NCBI RefSeq assembly: GCF_964355755.1
Contig: NC_092675.1
Location: 18,758,912 to 18,822,911, forward strand
Source: Antedon mediterranea
Taxonomy: Eukaryota; Animalia; Echinodermata
Reading direction: 5' to 3'
Length of the DNA stretch: 64,000 bases
Position numbers and translations under genes: made by a program. The notes under the pieces are model-generated. The model saw only the letters and a list, made by a program, of their open reading frames with translations, searched no databases and had not been told where the DNA came from. Shown here in pieces: positions 1 to 14,399 of the stretch (positions are counted from its first letter, which is position 1; every line of letters begins with the position of its first letter).

Positions 1-1464
1 TTTTTTTGTTTTCATATTTTTTATATATATTTATATTTTTGATATGACATGTATTTTACACGCAATTTGGCTCTTAGCCACGAGTTGTAATTTTGGTCAA
101 TTTTTTGATATTTGAAATAAAAGTGAATAATAATAATAAACATATTTGATATATGAAATGTAATACATTGGAATATTATGGTAACAATGACTATATTGTT
201 CACTCAAAGCAAATTTGTCATAAAGTTAGTTTGTGCAAAAACCCTTCATTGACATAACATACTTTTCAATTTATAAAATAGTTGAAATTGTATCCATGAA
301 TAAACATTGCACTAAATCTTTCAACGTTACGTATTTAATTTCAACGTATGTACAGAAAAGGAGGACATACAATAAGCAAGTTATTTAATATTAATAATTA
401 AAAAACTTGGACCTACTTTTAGAAATAGCTTTCAATTGTGGAATAATTAATTTTCTTTTACGACAACATCTTTCAAAATCATTTGTTACATAAACGTGCT
501 AGGTTACACCATAGTTCACATCATCAACATGACTTGTTATCTTCCCTGCCTTACCATCCAGGAGGCATGCATTTCACTCATGACAATTCAATTCAACAAT
601 ATTCACAATATAATCGGAACCTCGCAGTCTGCCTGTTTATTTCTTTTATAGGTTTGTGTCTACAGTAGGTCTATTTAACTTTCTTTTATGTATTAACTAA
701 TTGTTTTTTTTTCTCTCTATTCGTGTCTTAATATTACATAAGAACTCTTTATTAGACTGTTCGTCTGTGTTTTAAATATTAGGCCTAAGTGGTAGTGGTT
801 GTGGTGGTAGTAGAAGTATTATTTAATTCAATAACGCTGATGATTTAACTATTTATTTCCTTCCTAATATTCTAATTTATTTTTACTTATAGGCCTACAT
901 TGGCTAAAAATCTTCCCTTTTTACTCCTAGTAAAGAATGAACTGTTTTCGATTTGTTTGTTGTATAATAATCAGAGTGGAATGTTCGCACAATTAAAATA
1001 CGTCATCTTTTTTCATCATTATCATATCATTAAATAAATAGATTTAGTAAACCTACCTTTTGTCAATAGCTGATTGCAATAACATATATTTTCCACCAAA
1101 GTGTAAAATTGAGATATTAAACATAATCGCTTAATTTCGTAGGCTTAGTTATCAACATCTAATATTTTTTTCGTTGAAAAGGTCATGCTCTTTAAAATAA
1201 GAGACCTTTCGAAACCATTTTTTCCTTCGGGCCAAAGTAAATTTAATAACTGTAAATTGCCAAGAAATTATACAGTAACAGGTTAGGTTGGTATTAGACT
1301 ATACCATTAATAATCAGCTTTAATTCATGTTTGAAGGAAATGTGCAAGAAGGTTATAATATTAATAATATTTATTCGGCAAAAGTTCTTAAAAGTACAAT
1401 TTACAATTCATCTTGCCAGAAGCAAGTAATAGCATGAGACCAAAAAGAAAACTGATTTTACTAA

Positions 1465-4400
1465 ATACTTGATATTTAGGTTTAGATACTGCCCTTACTA
1501 CATACTTTATATTTAGGTTTAGATACTGCTCCTACTCCATACTTGATATTCAGGTTTAGATAGGCCTACTGCTCCTACTCCATACTTGATATTTAGGTTT
1601 AGATACTGCCCTTACTACATACTTGATATTTACGTTTAGATACTGCTCCTACTCCATACTTGATATTTAGGTTTAGATACTGCTCCTACTCCATACTTGA
1701 TATTTAGGTTTAGATACTGCTACTACTCCATACTTGATATTTAGGTTTAGATACTGCTCCTACTCCATACTTGATATTTAGGTTTAGATACTGCTCTTAC
1801 TCCATACTTGATATTTAGGTTTAGGTACTGCTCCTACTCCATACTTGATATTTAGGTTTAGATACTGCTACTACTCCATACTTGATATTTAGGTTTAGAT
1901 ACTGCTCCTACTCCATACTTGATATAGGTTTAGATACTGCTCTTACTCTATACTTGATATTTCGGTTTAGATACTGCTCCTACTCCATACTTGATATTTA
2001 GGTTTAGATACTGCTCCTACTCCATACTTGATATTTAGGTTTAGATACTGCTCCTACTCCATACTTGATATTTAGGTTTAGATACTGCTCTTACTCCATA
2101 CTTGATATTTAGGTTTAGATACTGCTCCTACTCCATACTTGATATTTAGGTTTAAATACTGCTCTTACTCCATACTTGATATTTAGGTTTAGATACTGCT
2201 CCTACTCCATACTTGATATTTAGGTTTAGATACTGCCCTTACTCAATACTTCATATTTAGGTTTAGATACTGCTCCTACTCCATACTTGATATTTAGGTT
2301 TAGATACTGCTCCTACTCCATACTTGATATTTAGGTTTAGATACTGCTCCTACTCCATACTTGATATTTAGGTTTAGATACTGCTCCTACTCCATACTTG
2401 ATATTTAGGTTTAGATACTGCTCCTACTCAATACTTGATATTTAGGTTTAGATACTGCCCTTACTCAATACTTGATATTTAGGTTTAGATACTGCTCCTA
2501 CTCCATACTTGATATTTAGGTTTAGATACTGCTCCTACTCCATACTTGATATTTAGGTTTAGATACTACTCCTACTCCATACTTGATATTTAGATTTAGA
2601 TACTGCTACTACTACATACTTGATATTTAGGTTTAGATACTGCTCCTACTCCATACTTGATATTTAGGTTTAGATACTGCTCCTACTCCATACTTGATAT
2701 TTAGGTTTAGATACTGCTCCTACTCCATACTTGATATTTAGGTTTAGATACTGCTCCTACTCCATACTTGATATTTAGGTTTAGATACTGCCCTTACTAC
2801 GTACTTGATATTTAGGTTTAGATACTGCTCCTACTCCATACTTGATATTTAGGTTTAGATACTGCCCTTACTACGTACTTGTTATTTAGGTTTAGATACT
2901 GCTCCTACTCCATACTTGATATTTAGGTTTAGATACTGCTCCTACTCCATACTTGATATTTAGGTTTAGATACTGCCCTTACTACGTACTTGATATTTAG
3001 GTTTAGATACTGCTCCTACTCCATACTTGATATTTAGGTTTAGATACTGCTCTTACTCCATACTTGATATTTAGGTTTAGATACTGCTCCTACTCCATAC
3101 TTGATATTTAGGTTTAGATACTGCTCCTACTCCATACTTGATATTTAGGTTTAGATACTGCTCCTACTCCATACTTGATATTTAGGTTTAGATACTGCTC
3201 CTACTCCATACTTGATATTTAGGTTTAGATACTGCTCTTACTCCATACTTGATATTTAGGTTTAGATACTGCTCCTACTCCATACTTGATATTTAGGTTT
3301 AGATACTGCTCCTACTCCATACTTGATATTTAGGTTTAGATACTGCTCTTACTCCATACTTGATATTTAGGTTTAGATACTGCTCCTACTCCATACTTGA
3401 TATTTAGGTTTAGATACTGCTCCTACTCCATACTTGATATTTAGGTTTAGCTACTGCTCTTACTCCATACTTGATATTTAGGTTTAGATACTGCTCCTAC
3501 TCCATACTTGATATTTAGGTTTAGATACTGCTCCTACTACATACTTGATATTTAGGTTTAGATACTGCCCTTACTCAATACTTGATATTTAGGTTTAGAT
3601 ACTGCTCCTACTCCATACTTGATATTTAGGTTTAGATACTACTCCTACTCCATACTTGATATTTAGGTTTAGATACTGCTCCTACTCCATACTTGATATT
3701 TAGGTTTATATACTGCCCTTACTACGTACTTGATATTTAGGTTTAGATAATGCACTTACTCCATACTTGATATTTAGGTTTAGATACTGCTCCTACTCCA
3801 TACTTGATATTTAGGTTTAGATACTACTCCTACTCCATACTTGATATTTAGGTTTAGATACTGCTCCTACTCCATACTTGATATTTAGGTTTATATACTG
3901 CCCTTACTACGTACTTGATATTTAGGTTTAGATAATGCACTTACTCCATACTTGATATTTAGGTTTAGATACTGCTCCTACTCTATACTTGATATTCAGG
4001 TTTAGATACTGCTCCTACTCCATACTTGATATTTAGGTTTAGATACTGCCCTTACTTCATACTTGATATTTAGGTTTAGATACTGCCCTTACTCCATACT
4101 TGATATTTAGGTTTAGATACTGCACTTACTCCATACTTGATATTCAGGTTTAAATACTGCTCCTACTCCATACTTGATATTTAGGTTTAAATACTGCCCT
4201 TACTCCATACTTGACATTTAGGTTTAGATACTGCTCCTACTCCATACTTGATATTTAGGTTTAGATACTGCCCTTACTACATACTTGTTATTTAGGTTTA
4301 GATACTGCTCTTACTCCATACTTGATATTTAGGTTTAGATACTGCTCCTACTCCATACTTGATATTTAGGTTTAGATACTGCCCTTACTCAATACTTGTT

Positions 4401-4767
4401 ATTTAGGTTTAGATACTGCTCCTACTCCATACTTGATATTTAGGTTTAGATACTGCCCTTACTCAATACTTGATATTTAGGTTTAGATACTGCTCCTACT
4501 CCATACTTGATATTCAGGTTTAGATACTGCTCCTACTCCATACTTGATATTTAGGTTTAGATACTGCTCCCACTCCATACTTGATATTTAGGTTTAGATA
4601 CTGCCCTTACTACATACTTGTTATTTACGTTTAGATACTGCTCCTATTCCATACTTGATATTTAGGTTTAGATACTGCTCCCACTCCATACTTGATATTA
4701 AGGTTTAGATACTGCTCTTACTCCATATTTGATACTTAGGTTTAGATACTGCTCTTACTCCATACTT
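1465..4767. repeat. 37-bp tandem satellite, about 89 copies (consensus ATACTTGATATTTAGGTTTAGATACTGCTCCTACTCC)
   Basis: The period is read directly (GATACTGC at 2821 and 2858). Units are highly homogeneous with scattered variants. A 5-unit (185 bp) higher-order duplication is visible (GATAATGCAC variant at about 3746 and 3931). Confidence 0.97.
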
Positions 4768-5249
4768 TTTGAAAAACTAAATTAAAACACAAATTTTATT
4801 ATCTTTATTATTTTATTCCCAATGTATTTGCCTTTAGAATAACTGAAAAGGTAAACAAAACTAAAATAATTCCAGGTAATCGTCATCCATTATCCGGGAA
4901 AAAAAGCTGTTTTTATGCACGAATTCCCTATAGGCAAGTGTGTAATAAAACATTACTCTTCCGGTATGCATTGCCATGGGTTCAAATCGTGATGAGAGTA
5001 CTTTGTGTATTTTTATAATAGGTTAATCCGTCCATTTACCACTATTAGTGTACATCATTTAGGTCAACTGAATCCATTCATTATCTTAAATTAGACATTT
5101 ACACCTCTTGAAGTATTTAAGAATATCTCTAATTCATATCTTCTTAAGAGACAGTAATAGTCGATTATTTTTAAGATATTAATTATTAAAGTGAGACTTA
5201 AATATTGTAAGCTAAACATTTATTTATGACCAATAATATATTATTCAAG

Positions 5250-6250
5250 AATCTCTTCCTAAGGGATATTCAATGATTGTGTATTTGTTGATACATTTTA
5301 ATGCAATAATTGGTTTTATCAAGTCCGTTTTTTCCATAAAGTCAGACTGTCATACTGTCTAGGCAAGTTAGTGTGATTGGGATGTGCGGGTTATACTGAC
5401 TCTGGGGAGGCTATTAATCAACTGAATCCAAGACATGCATTGCTGAAGTTAATATGCATTCTATAGTATTTATTTTTTTGGACAATGAATTGAAAACATT
5501 GCTTTATAATTTCTGATTAAGGATCGAAAAGTTAATTTGACTTTTCTCTCGATGGAGTTATGTTATTAAAATGTATTGCAGAAACATTCGGTTTGGTGAG
5601 TCTCAAACTTCACCATTTTTTCTATATCAATTTGTTTTATTTAACGTTAGTTAATTAATGTTGTAAGTTAATGTTGTCATTCATCGGTTTCAACAAATAT
5701 TCCCAAAGCGTTTAGAAAAAACGAAGAGATCGAACTAGAATTTAAAAGAGGTTTGAACACTTGAATAGAAGAGCATAGTCAACCTAATTTTATAAAAACA
5801 GAAGAGACTGATGTTTAGGCCTACAGTAAAACTTTAAGCAAAAAAGTAAGTTTAAAACTAATTCTAGAGGTGCAGGCATTTTAAAAATGCAACATACAGA
5901 ATAAAGGTACAATTAAAATAAACTAATTATTTGGATATATCTTTCAAGCTATTTTTAGAAACCTGTTCTGAATATGCACTAAAAGCAATCAAAACTGTTA
6001 ATGGTAATCTAAATGGCAATGGATTAAACGAAATTGAAGAAATTTGAGAATGTCTTTCATAATTGTGGTCTTGAGAGTGCAGTCTGGTTGGAAGCTGAAA
6101 TGAACATAATTGCGTATAGTCGTAAAAATTGAATATTTAAGACAATTGTTGTATGAAAGTAAACAATTAACATAATGAAAATTAGGATGTATTAAGATTA
6201 AAAACGCTAATTGATTATGAAGATTAATGGAAAATATGTGAATAATGAGT
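5250..6250 (-). mobile_element. possible heavily decayed LINE (L2/CR1-like) remnant
   Basis: The minus strand near 6090-6125 loosely resembles the (A)DDTQL..SF reverse-transcriptase motif. There is no open frame and the boundaries are guesses. Confidence 0.2.
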
Positions 6251-8199
6251 AATAATTGCAGGATCTTCTCATAACTACTGAATACGACACAGCAATATTT
6301 TAGGCCATATCACAGGTTTCAGCCCTAAAGAAGACCCCCTTTCCCAGGAGAGATTCGAACTTATGACAGTAGAGCGAATATCATTTCCTTTAGCACTGTT
6401 TTAGCCCACAATACATTCTTTCATTTCCAGATTGATTATCACACCCTAAAGCTCTGTCTGCCTATCAAACTAGTTTGACAACAAAATTATATGACCAAAT
6501 ATGGTTGATATGACATCATCATGTCCATATGCCACATCAAATTTGTGCTATAAAGTACTACTATAAAGCAGAGTCTACTTTAAAAAATATCTATATAGAT
6601 TAAATTCTTAATTAAATCTACTGGTTTCAACAAAAGTGAATGTTTGTACGTTTATTATCAGCTGACCACTGTCGCAAAAAAAAATGATAGAATTGATTTA
6701 ATACCTACTAAGAAGTTCATTACTGAAATGATAATACGTGACGCATGACGTGAACTTTTCACTTAGTTTATCATATCTTATATTCAGCTAATTCAAATTA
6801 GTTTGGAAATTGACGATACACTGATATTAACGTTTTTTTCCCATCTAATGCGGTTTCTAACATTAAGCAACAGAGCCATTATGTTGGACATTCAATCCAG
6901 GATATTGAAAATAGAGACTTGTGCGTGGCTTAAGAAAGAATGGGATATCCCATGGTCTCTTTCGCAAAAACATGACCGCACATATACGACCGTGCAACAT
7001 GCTTAAAAATAGTCATCAATTAATTAATTATTTATAACGGCGATCTGAAGTAGGCCTATGTATAGATATTTATAGGCGCATTCCGATCGCCCCCAACCAT
7101 AATCTTAAGCATTATAATTGGAAATACCATGACCAAATTATTAGGCCTACACAGTCGATTGATATCTAGCTTTGTGTGGGCCTATGCGAGAACAAACTTT
7201 TGATTATGTTCAAAGTCGTATTGTTGTATTGATTTTATTAAATGATGTGAGTAACATGCTGTATACCGTATGTATATATATATACCTTCTAGTGAGAAAA
7301 AAAAATACAGCGGAATGTTGAGGGATTAAAACATCGCCCGTTTCGCTTCAAATAACGTCATAAATTGAATGTAATCACTGACATTGGCTTAAATGTATTC
7401 TTGAATAACAACACAAAGCTTTGAATTTATTTAAATTATCTAATTTGTAAACGGTTTATATGGCAGATTGGTTGTACAAGGCAATAATCCTTTTGCTGAG
7501 GGTATCCTAGAGTTTACTTGTTCTAACTTTGACCGCCGTGACATATTCGCTATTGATTTTAGTCAGCTACAATTTAAGTTTTTCAAGATGAAATGTAATG
7601 GAATTACTTTAATCTATGGTGAATAAACAAACCAGAAAATTGCATGATAGAATCAATGTTCGAGAGTAGTATTGGGAATATGATATTGTAATTAGGCTGG
7701 ATATGCTCATCATGATAGGTACGGTATCGTTCAGACGGACCTTATGTACTGTTTACCACACAAACTCAATATAATTTCTATTACTCGAATATTGCATATT
7801 GATAACGTAATAATCAAGCAATATAAATTACTATGATGTGATGAATAATTGTATCGGACAGGATATAACGGTAGAAAAACAAGATCTGGTACTGACTCTT
7901 CAGAGTGCCATGAACGTTAGTGCATGGAGTTACATTACATTACCGGTAACTAATTTAATCCTTTAGAATCACAGGTTCGTGCAACTCATGAGCTCACGGA
8001 TCTTTTCTAATGGTGTACGTCAACAATAGCATGCATATCGCATTGTAAGCTTTTAGGTACGTGACAGTATTCAACAGAATACTATGAACTAAAGACTAAA
8101 AAATACTATGTATATAAACATTCTAAGTATACACTGACAGAATGCTATAGAAGCAAGAATCACATTGTCTTAATGTTAGAACACATTCCCCTCCTCCCT

Positions 8200-11100
8200 T
8201 CGACACCAAACAGGAAGAAATCATCTTTCCTTTGGGGAAAAAATGCAGGGGAATGCCCCGCACAAGAGCTCAGGCGATATTAGCCAATTTAAGAACATTT
8301 CTCAGTTGTTTAGAACACTTTAAATTATCTTAAATTTCGATTCAGAAATTTGCAACCACGCTATAAGTTTTAACCAGTTATTTTCCGTAAATTTACATTG
8401 AAAATCATTAATTTTTTTTTTTAATTACTGTTACGTAATGGCCTATAATGCTGAGGAAGCCCTGGATCTTCTTTTGCTTGATGACAGTGATGATGAGCAG
8501 TTTTTTTATCGCGATATCGAAGAGCAAGAATCAGATTCTGACGCGCCTGATAGAGACGATATTAGCGGCGACGATGAACCCGAAGACGACGGTGCACGAG
8601 GGCCTAGGTACAGAAGAAGAGTCGACGATTTAGAATGGAAAGATCGGGCTTATGATTATGCCTGGTTAGGTAAATATGTATTCTATATTATTATATTTAC
8701 TTATTACGTTGACTACTTCGTGTTTTTATCTCAACTTGGTAATTTTCATTATGTTTCAAAAGTTGTATTTTTTTGTTGGCTTTATAAAAACCAAATAGCT
8801 GTAGGCCTAACATTTATTTAGATTATTCATTATTTTTGTATATTTCCTATCTTTGTATTCCTATTTTTATTTTTGTATTATCCATTTATATTATGTATGA
8901 GTAGGAATAAAAATGTTTTGCATTTCAAACATACATTAGTGATGGTTTTTTTATATTTATTTATTGTGTATTTTTTAGGAGAATTTACTGAACAATCGGG
9001 GCCGAAGGTTCATGATGCAGAATCTACGATCACAGAGATTTTCCTGCATTTCTTGGATAATGGGCTGCTGCATCATGTAGTGACGGAGACTAACAGGTAT
9101 GCGCAGAAGCTCATATCCCTTGCTCGGGATAAAGGTAAGTTAGGTAGTTCAACTTTGAGAAATTGGAAAGAGACGGACATAAATGAGGTACGTGCGTTCA
9201 TTGCTCTTATTTTAGGTTTAGGTTTTGACAGACGAGGAAGCTACGAGAGTCACTGGTCTACGAATTGGTTTCTGGACCAGCCTGGACTCCGGAAGATTAT
9301 GTCCAGAAACCGTTTCATGCTGCTCCTCAGGTGTATCCATCTGGCTGATGATGATGCTGCTCCTCATCGAGATGACCCAACCTATGATCGAGGATTCAAG
9401 GTTTCTTTTTTTATGTCTAGTCTTATTGCTAACTTTCAATCTGCTTTTTATCCCTATAGAAACGTGTCATTAGATGAGAGTATAATAGCTTTTTTAGGTA
9501 GAATTCGTTTCAAAACATACAACCCACAAAAGCCACACAAATGGGGATGACTGCATATACATTAGCAGATGCACAAACTGGCTACGTATATCATCAAGAG
9601 TTGTATACAGGTAGTGACGATCGGCCAGATAAAACACGGAGGTTAGTAAATCGTGTGTGCCAACCGATTGCAGGTAAGAAGCACCATGTATATATGGATA
9701 ATTATTTTTCCTCCCCAGCTGTTTTCCAAGATCTAGAAAACCAAGGTACGGGTGCATGCGGAACAATGCGATGCGACAGAATTGGGACTCCACAGTCAAT
9801 CAAGGTAAAAGTAAAAGATATGGCTGTTGGAGATACAGTATTTGAAAGAGATGGAAACAAGTTGTTTGTTACTTGGAAGGACAAGAGAAAGGTAACTGTT
9901 ATTTCTACTGTTCATAATTCTATGACTTTTGAGAAACAGGTAAAGCAGAAACATGGAGCAGGATTTACAGAGATCACCAAGCCATGTGCCATCGAGTTGT
10001 ATACGCAGTATATGGGTGGAGTGGACCGTGCTGACCGGCTGCTATGGACATACCTCAACATCCACAGAAGTCTCAAATGGTGGAAGAAGGTATTTTTTTA
10101 TCTTTTGGAGGTAAGTTTTGTGAATGCTTTGATTATTTACAGGAGTTTCCGTCCAGATGCGATTGTCAGGTCTGACAAGGTTCGTCTGGATCTCATTGAT
10201 GGTCTGCTAGCGAACTATCAACGTCCCAACCCAAGACCAGGAAGAAGGTCAACAGATCAACCACAGCGGCTAACTGAACGCCACTACCCTGCAGTGAACC
10301 CGAAAAAGACACCGGCAGGCAGGAGGTCTGAGCCTGACTGTTTCGTGTGCTCAAAGCGAGGGCCTGGTTGCAAAAGACACCAAACCAAACACATCTGTGC
10401 GCAGTGTGAAAAGCCCATGTGTACTGTGCCATGCTTTGGCCGCTACCACAGCCTTCAGGATTACAAAGCAGATTGTACAAAGGAGTACCACGGAGAATAA
10501 AGGTTAGTGAGATGATGGTAAGTGGATTAGATTGTAAATAGTGTTGATTTATATTGTTTGATTATGTTCACAACTCATATTGTTCCATAATGTTTTCTTC
10601 ATTTGTTTTACAACTCCTTTATTTTGACAACTCATTTTTTTCTTACAACTCATATTGTTTCATAATATTTTATTTTGTAATGTTTTTTGTAATATGTTTT
10701 CTTCATTTGTTTTACAACTCCTTTATTTTGACAACTCATTTTTCTGTAATATGTTTTCTTTGGTTGACGGGGCACATACAAACGTGCCACCTGCCCTCGC
10801 TGTGATCATCGACCTTGACGTGGTAGCGAGGCTTGCGTGCTTCCAATGTAATGGTAGCCAGGCCAATGATGATCAATAAAAAATAAAATATATACAAACA
10901 CAAAAAAAAAGTTTTATTTGCAAAAAATTGAAGAAAAAAAATTAAAAATATGAAATTTCATATTTTTTAATAATTATTGCTTATTATTATGATCAATAAT
11001 GTATTTTATAACAATAATATAATTATTATTTTTGAAAAAAGTTATACAATTTGTGTCTAAATAGCTTCCAACACACAACAAAATGTTTCATATTTTTCAT

Positions 11101-11347
11101 AATTTTTGAATTCATAAATCATAAATTAGGTCCAGCCAAAAATGTATGAAATATTTACCAAAAGATAGGAAATTTTATAAGGAACATATGTTATTAGAAA
11201 TGTTTTCCTCTAAAATGACTAGAAGTTTCTCAAAACTTGAAAAAACTGAGACCACCTTTAAAAACATTGAAAAAATGTTGTTCCCAAAAAGAATCTGGTT
11301 GACACAGGAAGTCATTATCTGGAAATTCGGTACTAAGAGGGTTTTAA
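8200..11347 (+). mobile_element. piggyBac-like DNA transposon (3' terminus plausible, 5' terminus not found)
   Basis: The transposase is followed by direct repeats (10570-10745) and a piggyBac-like end …CGGTACTAAGAGGG at 11341, then TTTTAA. No matching inverted copy (CCCTCTTAGTACCG) was seen upstream, so the start coordinate is approximate. Confidence 0.55.
8438..10500 (+). pseudogene. piggyBac (PGBD4-like) DDD transposase with one intron and one frameshift; about 584 aa if repaired
   Basis: Exon 1 8438-8669 encodes an acidic N-terminus and ends TTAG|GTAAAT. Intron 8670-8978 ends TTTTTTAG. Exon 2 from 8979 joins in frame (…YAWL-G-EFTEQ…). Catalytic motifs SLDESII, YMDNYFSS and YMGGVDRAD are present, plus a C-terminal cysteine-rich domain (CFVC…CAQCEKPMC…CF.RYH). 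One nucleotide is missing at AAATGGGGATGACT (about 9539-9552), splitting KPHKWG/MTAY between ORFs 8873-9550 and 9541-10500. Confidence 0.9.
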
Positions 11348-14300
11348 GTTATTGATTGATTGACTGTACCAATGAAAAGCGATTCACTTACGTATAATGC
11401 ATTCGTCGGAAATACGTTATTTTAAACTGCGAGTCATCATCATCAGAAAAACTCTATATTCTATATCCTATATCTATTAACTTGTGAATTTAATAGGCGT
11501 CGAAATTTCGAAATCAACAATCTGATTGGATGTTCAGTTAAAACTCATTATGGCACCTTTTAGGTTTTATTAAATAGGAGGCCGAAATTATTTAAAATAT
11601 TTAATAATAAATTAATAATAACATAATTGATCCGTAATTGATCCAACAAGAGCGAACTATGTTCTTAAAGATTGTGTACGGTAGTCAATAACACTAGATA
11701 GACCTGGCCTATACACGAATACACGAAGCAGCCACCGATTATTCTTGACGAGGAGTAATCCATTTGGAAGCTCAACCAGCATTCAGCACAGGATATTATG
11801 AAAATCGTAATAATATATCATTAAAATACAGGTATAGATAAAAAAAAACCATTATTGAGAATTTGATATACTGCTTAAAAAACTTAAAGCTTAAACGCAC
11901 AACGACATAAGCTCAAGCGTTGACCAATGAAAAGCGACTGTTCGAACAATCCACCGTTTGTGATTATATGCGTAGCCCATAGTCGTCATTGCGTTGCGTC
12001 CTCGTGACGACGTACCGTACTATTATCTATTATTATGACAGTGACATGATTAAAAACGGCATTTACGATTTAACACTTAATTTTTAAAACTGTCACTGTC
12101 ATAGTCGAGTGAAATAGTAAAGTACATGTAACGATACACCACTACAAGGTTTATAATTTTCGTAATCATAAATTGATACAAACGTTGAGGAGCAACTGTC
12201 ATTGAGCCCCTAATAAAGTTTATTTGTATATTGTACATAACATTATATCTAACAGTAGGGCCTACCCACACTCATAGTAATAAAGTTTATTTTTCACGCT
12301 GCTGCTCTAGCCCGCTACGTCCCATTAGGACTACTCAATCAGAAGCTAAAGCAAGCAGCAGTTATAGTTCTAAGGACAGACAGTTTTGTGAAAATGGAAA
12401 CTCCACTATAATTTATTGATTCCAGCTGCTACAGTTGTAGACCCAAAAAACGTCTGGGAAAGAGTCTATTAGGACATGTCATGCTAAAATTACAAATCCC
12501 TAAGCATTTCTGGTATATTCACTGTCAGATATTCATTGAATTATTATTGAAACAGTCCATTAAAGTTTGTGTTTGTAATAGGATACTTCACAATTGAAAT
12601 ATCTAGGGTGATGAAGTGACCCCCAGATTTGACCTTAGCAATAAAATTAACTAAAGTGACAGAAATTGAGTATTCACTTCTGTAACAAAAAAATAATATT
12701 TATTCACATATAAAAAAAGAAAAGAAACCCAAAAACCATTGTCTGACAGACAATTTAAGTATTTGTTGCTTTAAATTACATTTTTTTTCAGGTAAAATAA
12801 CTGTTATGTGACAATAAAATGACACATTCAAAAACATTTGAAATAAAAAATATTTTTCAATATGCGAGCAGCGTTTTTTGTAAGAAATATTTCTTGTTTA
12901 TATATCTAACAGTATACACACACTCACAGTAAGAAATTTGCGATTCAAATGGCTACCAACAATGGTTAATACGTATTTACAGTATTTTCAAAGAATTGCA
13001 ATACTATACTAACGGTTTTAAGTTTATCTCAAGGGACCCATAAATTTACCGACTTGTGTTAAACCAAATAATTATACTGAGACTAAGAGATTGGAATGTT
13101 CCATTCATCGCAAATAAATACATTTGTATAAACGTTAAATCTGTCTTATGATGCTGTACTCAAGCAGTTTAACCTGTTTTCAGCTATTAAAAACAATTAT
13201 CGTAAAAGGAGATAGGAAAAGCCGAAAGCATACTCGTATTATTGTGTGTGGGTTTTTTCAAGATGGACATTCATTAGACAGTGTATACCACGATCGGAAA
13301 ACAATCGTTGACCCTAAATTCGTTTTAATGGTCAATAACTAATCATCTAACTCAATTTAATTAGTAAACAGGGTTACATCAGCTGGTTAAAATCAGTACC
13401 GAAAGTACGAACAAACTTTATATACCATCGAGTAAACATTATAGAAGTAACGCGCGATTTACCCAATTTTTGCTCTTACGTAAATTTATATATAGATGCA
13501 ATAACACTTTCTAATATGTTATCGTTCTTCCATTGCTTGTAATAGTAGTTTCCAGAGCTAAAAAAGTAAATGTAATTCGGTTTGTGAATTCAGGACTAGG
13601 CATATAGAAAAAAATCACTTTAGATATACACGATAACTGGCTGAATTGGTTAAATCTCTTAACTTTAACAGTTTAAAACTGTACGGGTTTCCGTAATAAG
13701 AACATACTCCAAGCATGCAATCATCAATGATTAGATAGGTTTGTTTATTTATAAGTCGTGATGGTTCTGCAAGATTAATTATTCTATTGATTCTTATTAC
13801 TAATTATGTTATTAGCTAGGTTTGCAAAAGTACAATGAGCGAAAACGATAAAAGTACAGGTTTGGGGTTGTATTGCATTCCAAATGTGCTGGTGTGAGTA
13901 TGTCACAGCAGCTCTAAAGGTGCATGTTTGACAGTGTCATAATTGATGGTGATCATCACCCTCATGCAAGGGGCTCACATGCATACCAGGGAGGTGTAGG
14001 CCTATGACTAAACATTCCCTATAATCGGTTCTAGACCACAAAGTAATTGGCTCCGCGTCATTAAGATGCTTTCTAATGGATGGATAGAAGTTACAATTTC
14101 AATTAAATGAATACTAATCCTAGCCTACTTCTAAAATCCCTTGTTCTAATTCTTTATCCCACAGAATCCAACATCATTTTAAAACTAACGAGTTCCATGG
14201 TTTCATAGTAGGCCTAGTATTTATGGTAGGACACCCGTGTATTTTATTTCGTTTCATTTTTTCGTCTCAAAAAATATAATTCACAAATATTTAAAAAAAA

Positions 14301-14399
14301 ATATATACGATAAAACAATAAATATTTCTTACAAAAAATGCCGCGCATTTCAATCAGCAAATGTTTTCATAGACTCTATTATCCCAGACGTTCTTAGGG

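Noticed and set aside
1465-4767. CRISPR-like periodicity (37-bp repeats)
   Set aside because: Units are head-to-tail with no unique spacers, there are no cas genes and the context is eukaryotic.
9530-9560. Programmed ribosomal frameshift in the piggyBac transposase
   Set aside because: There is no X XXY YYZ slippery heptamer or obvious downstream structure. A 1-nt deletion or homopolymer error is simpler.
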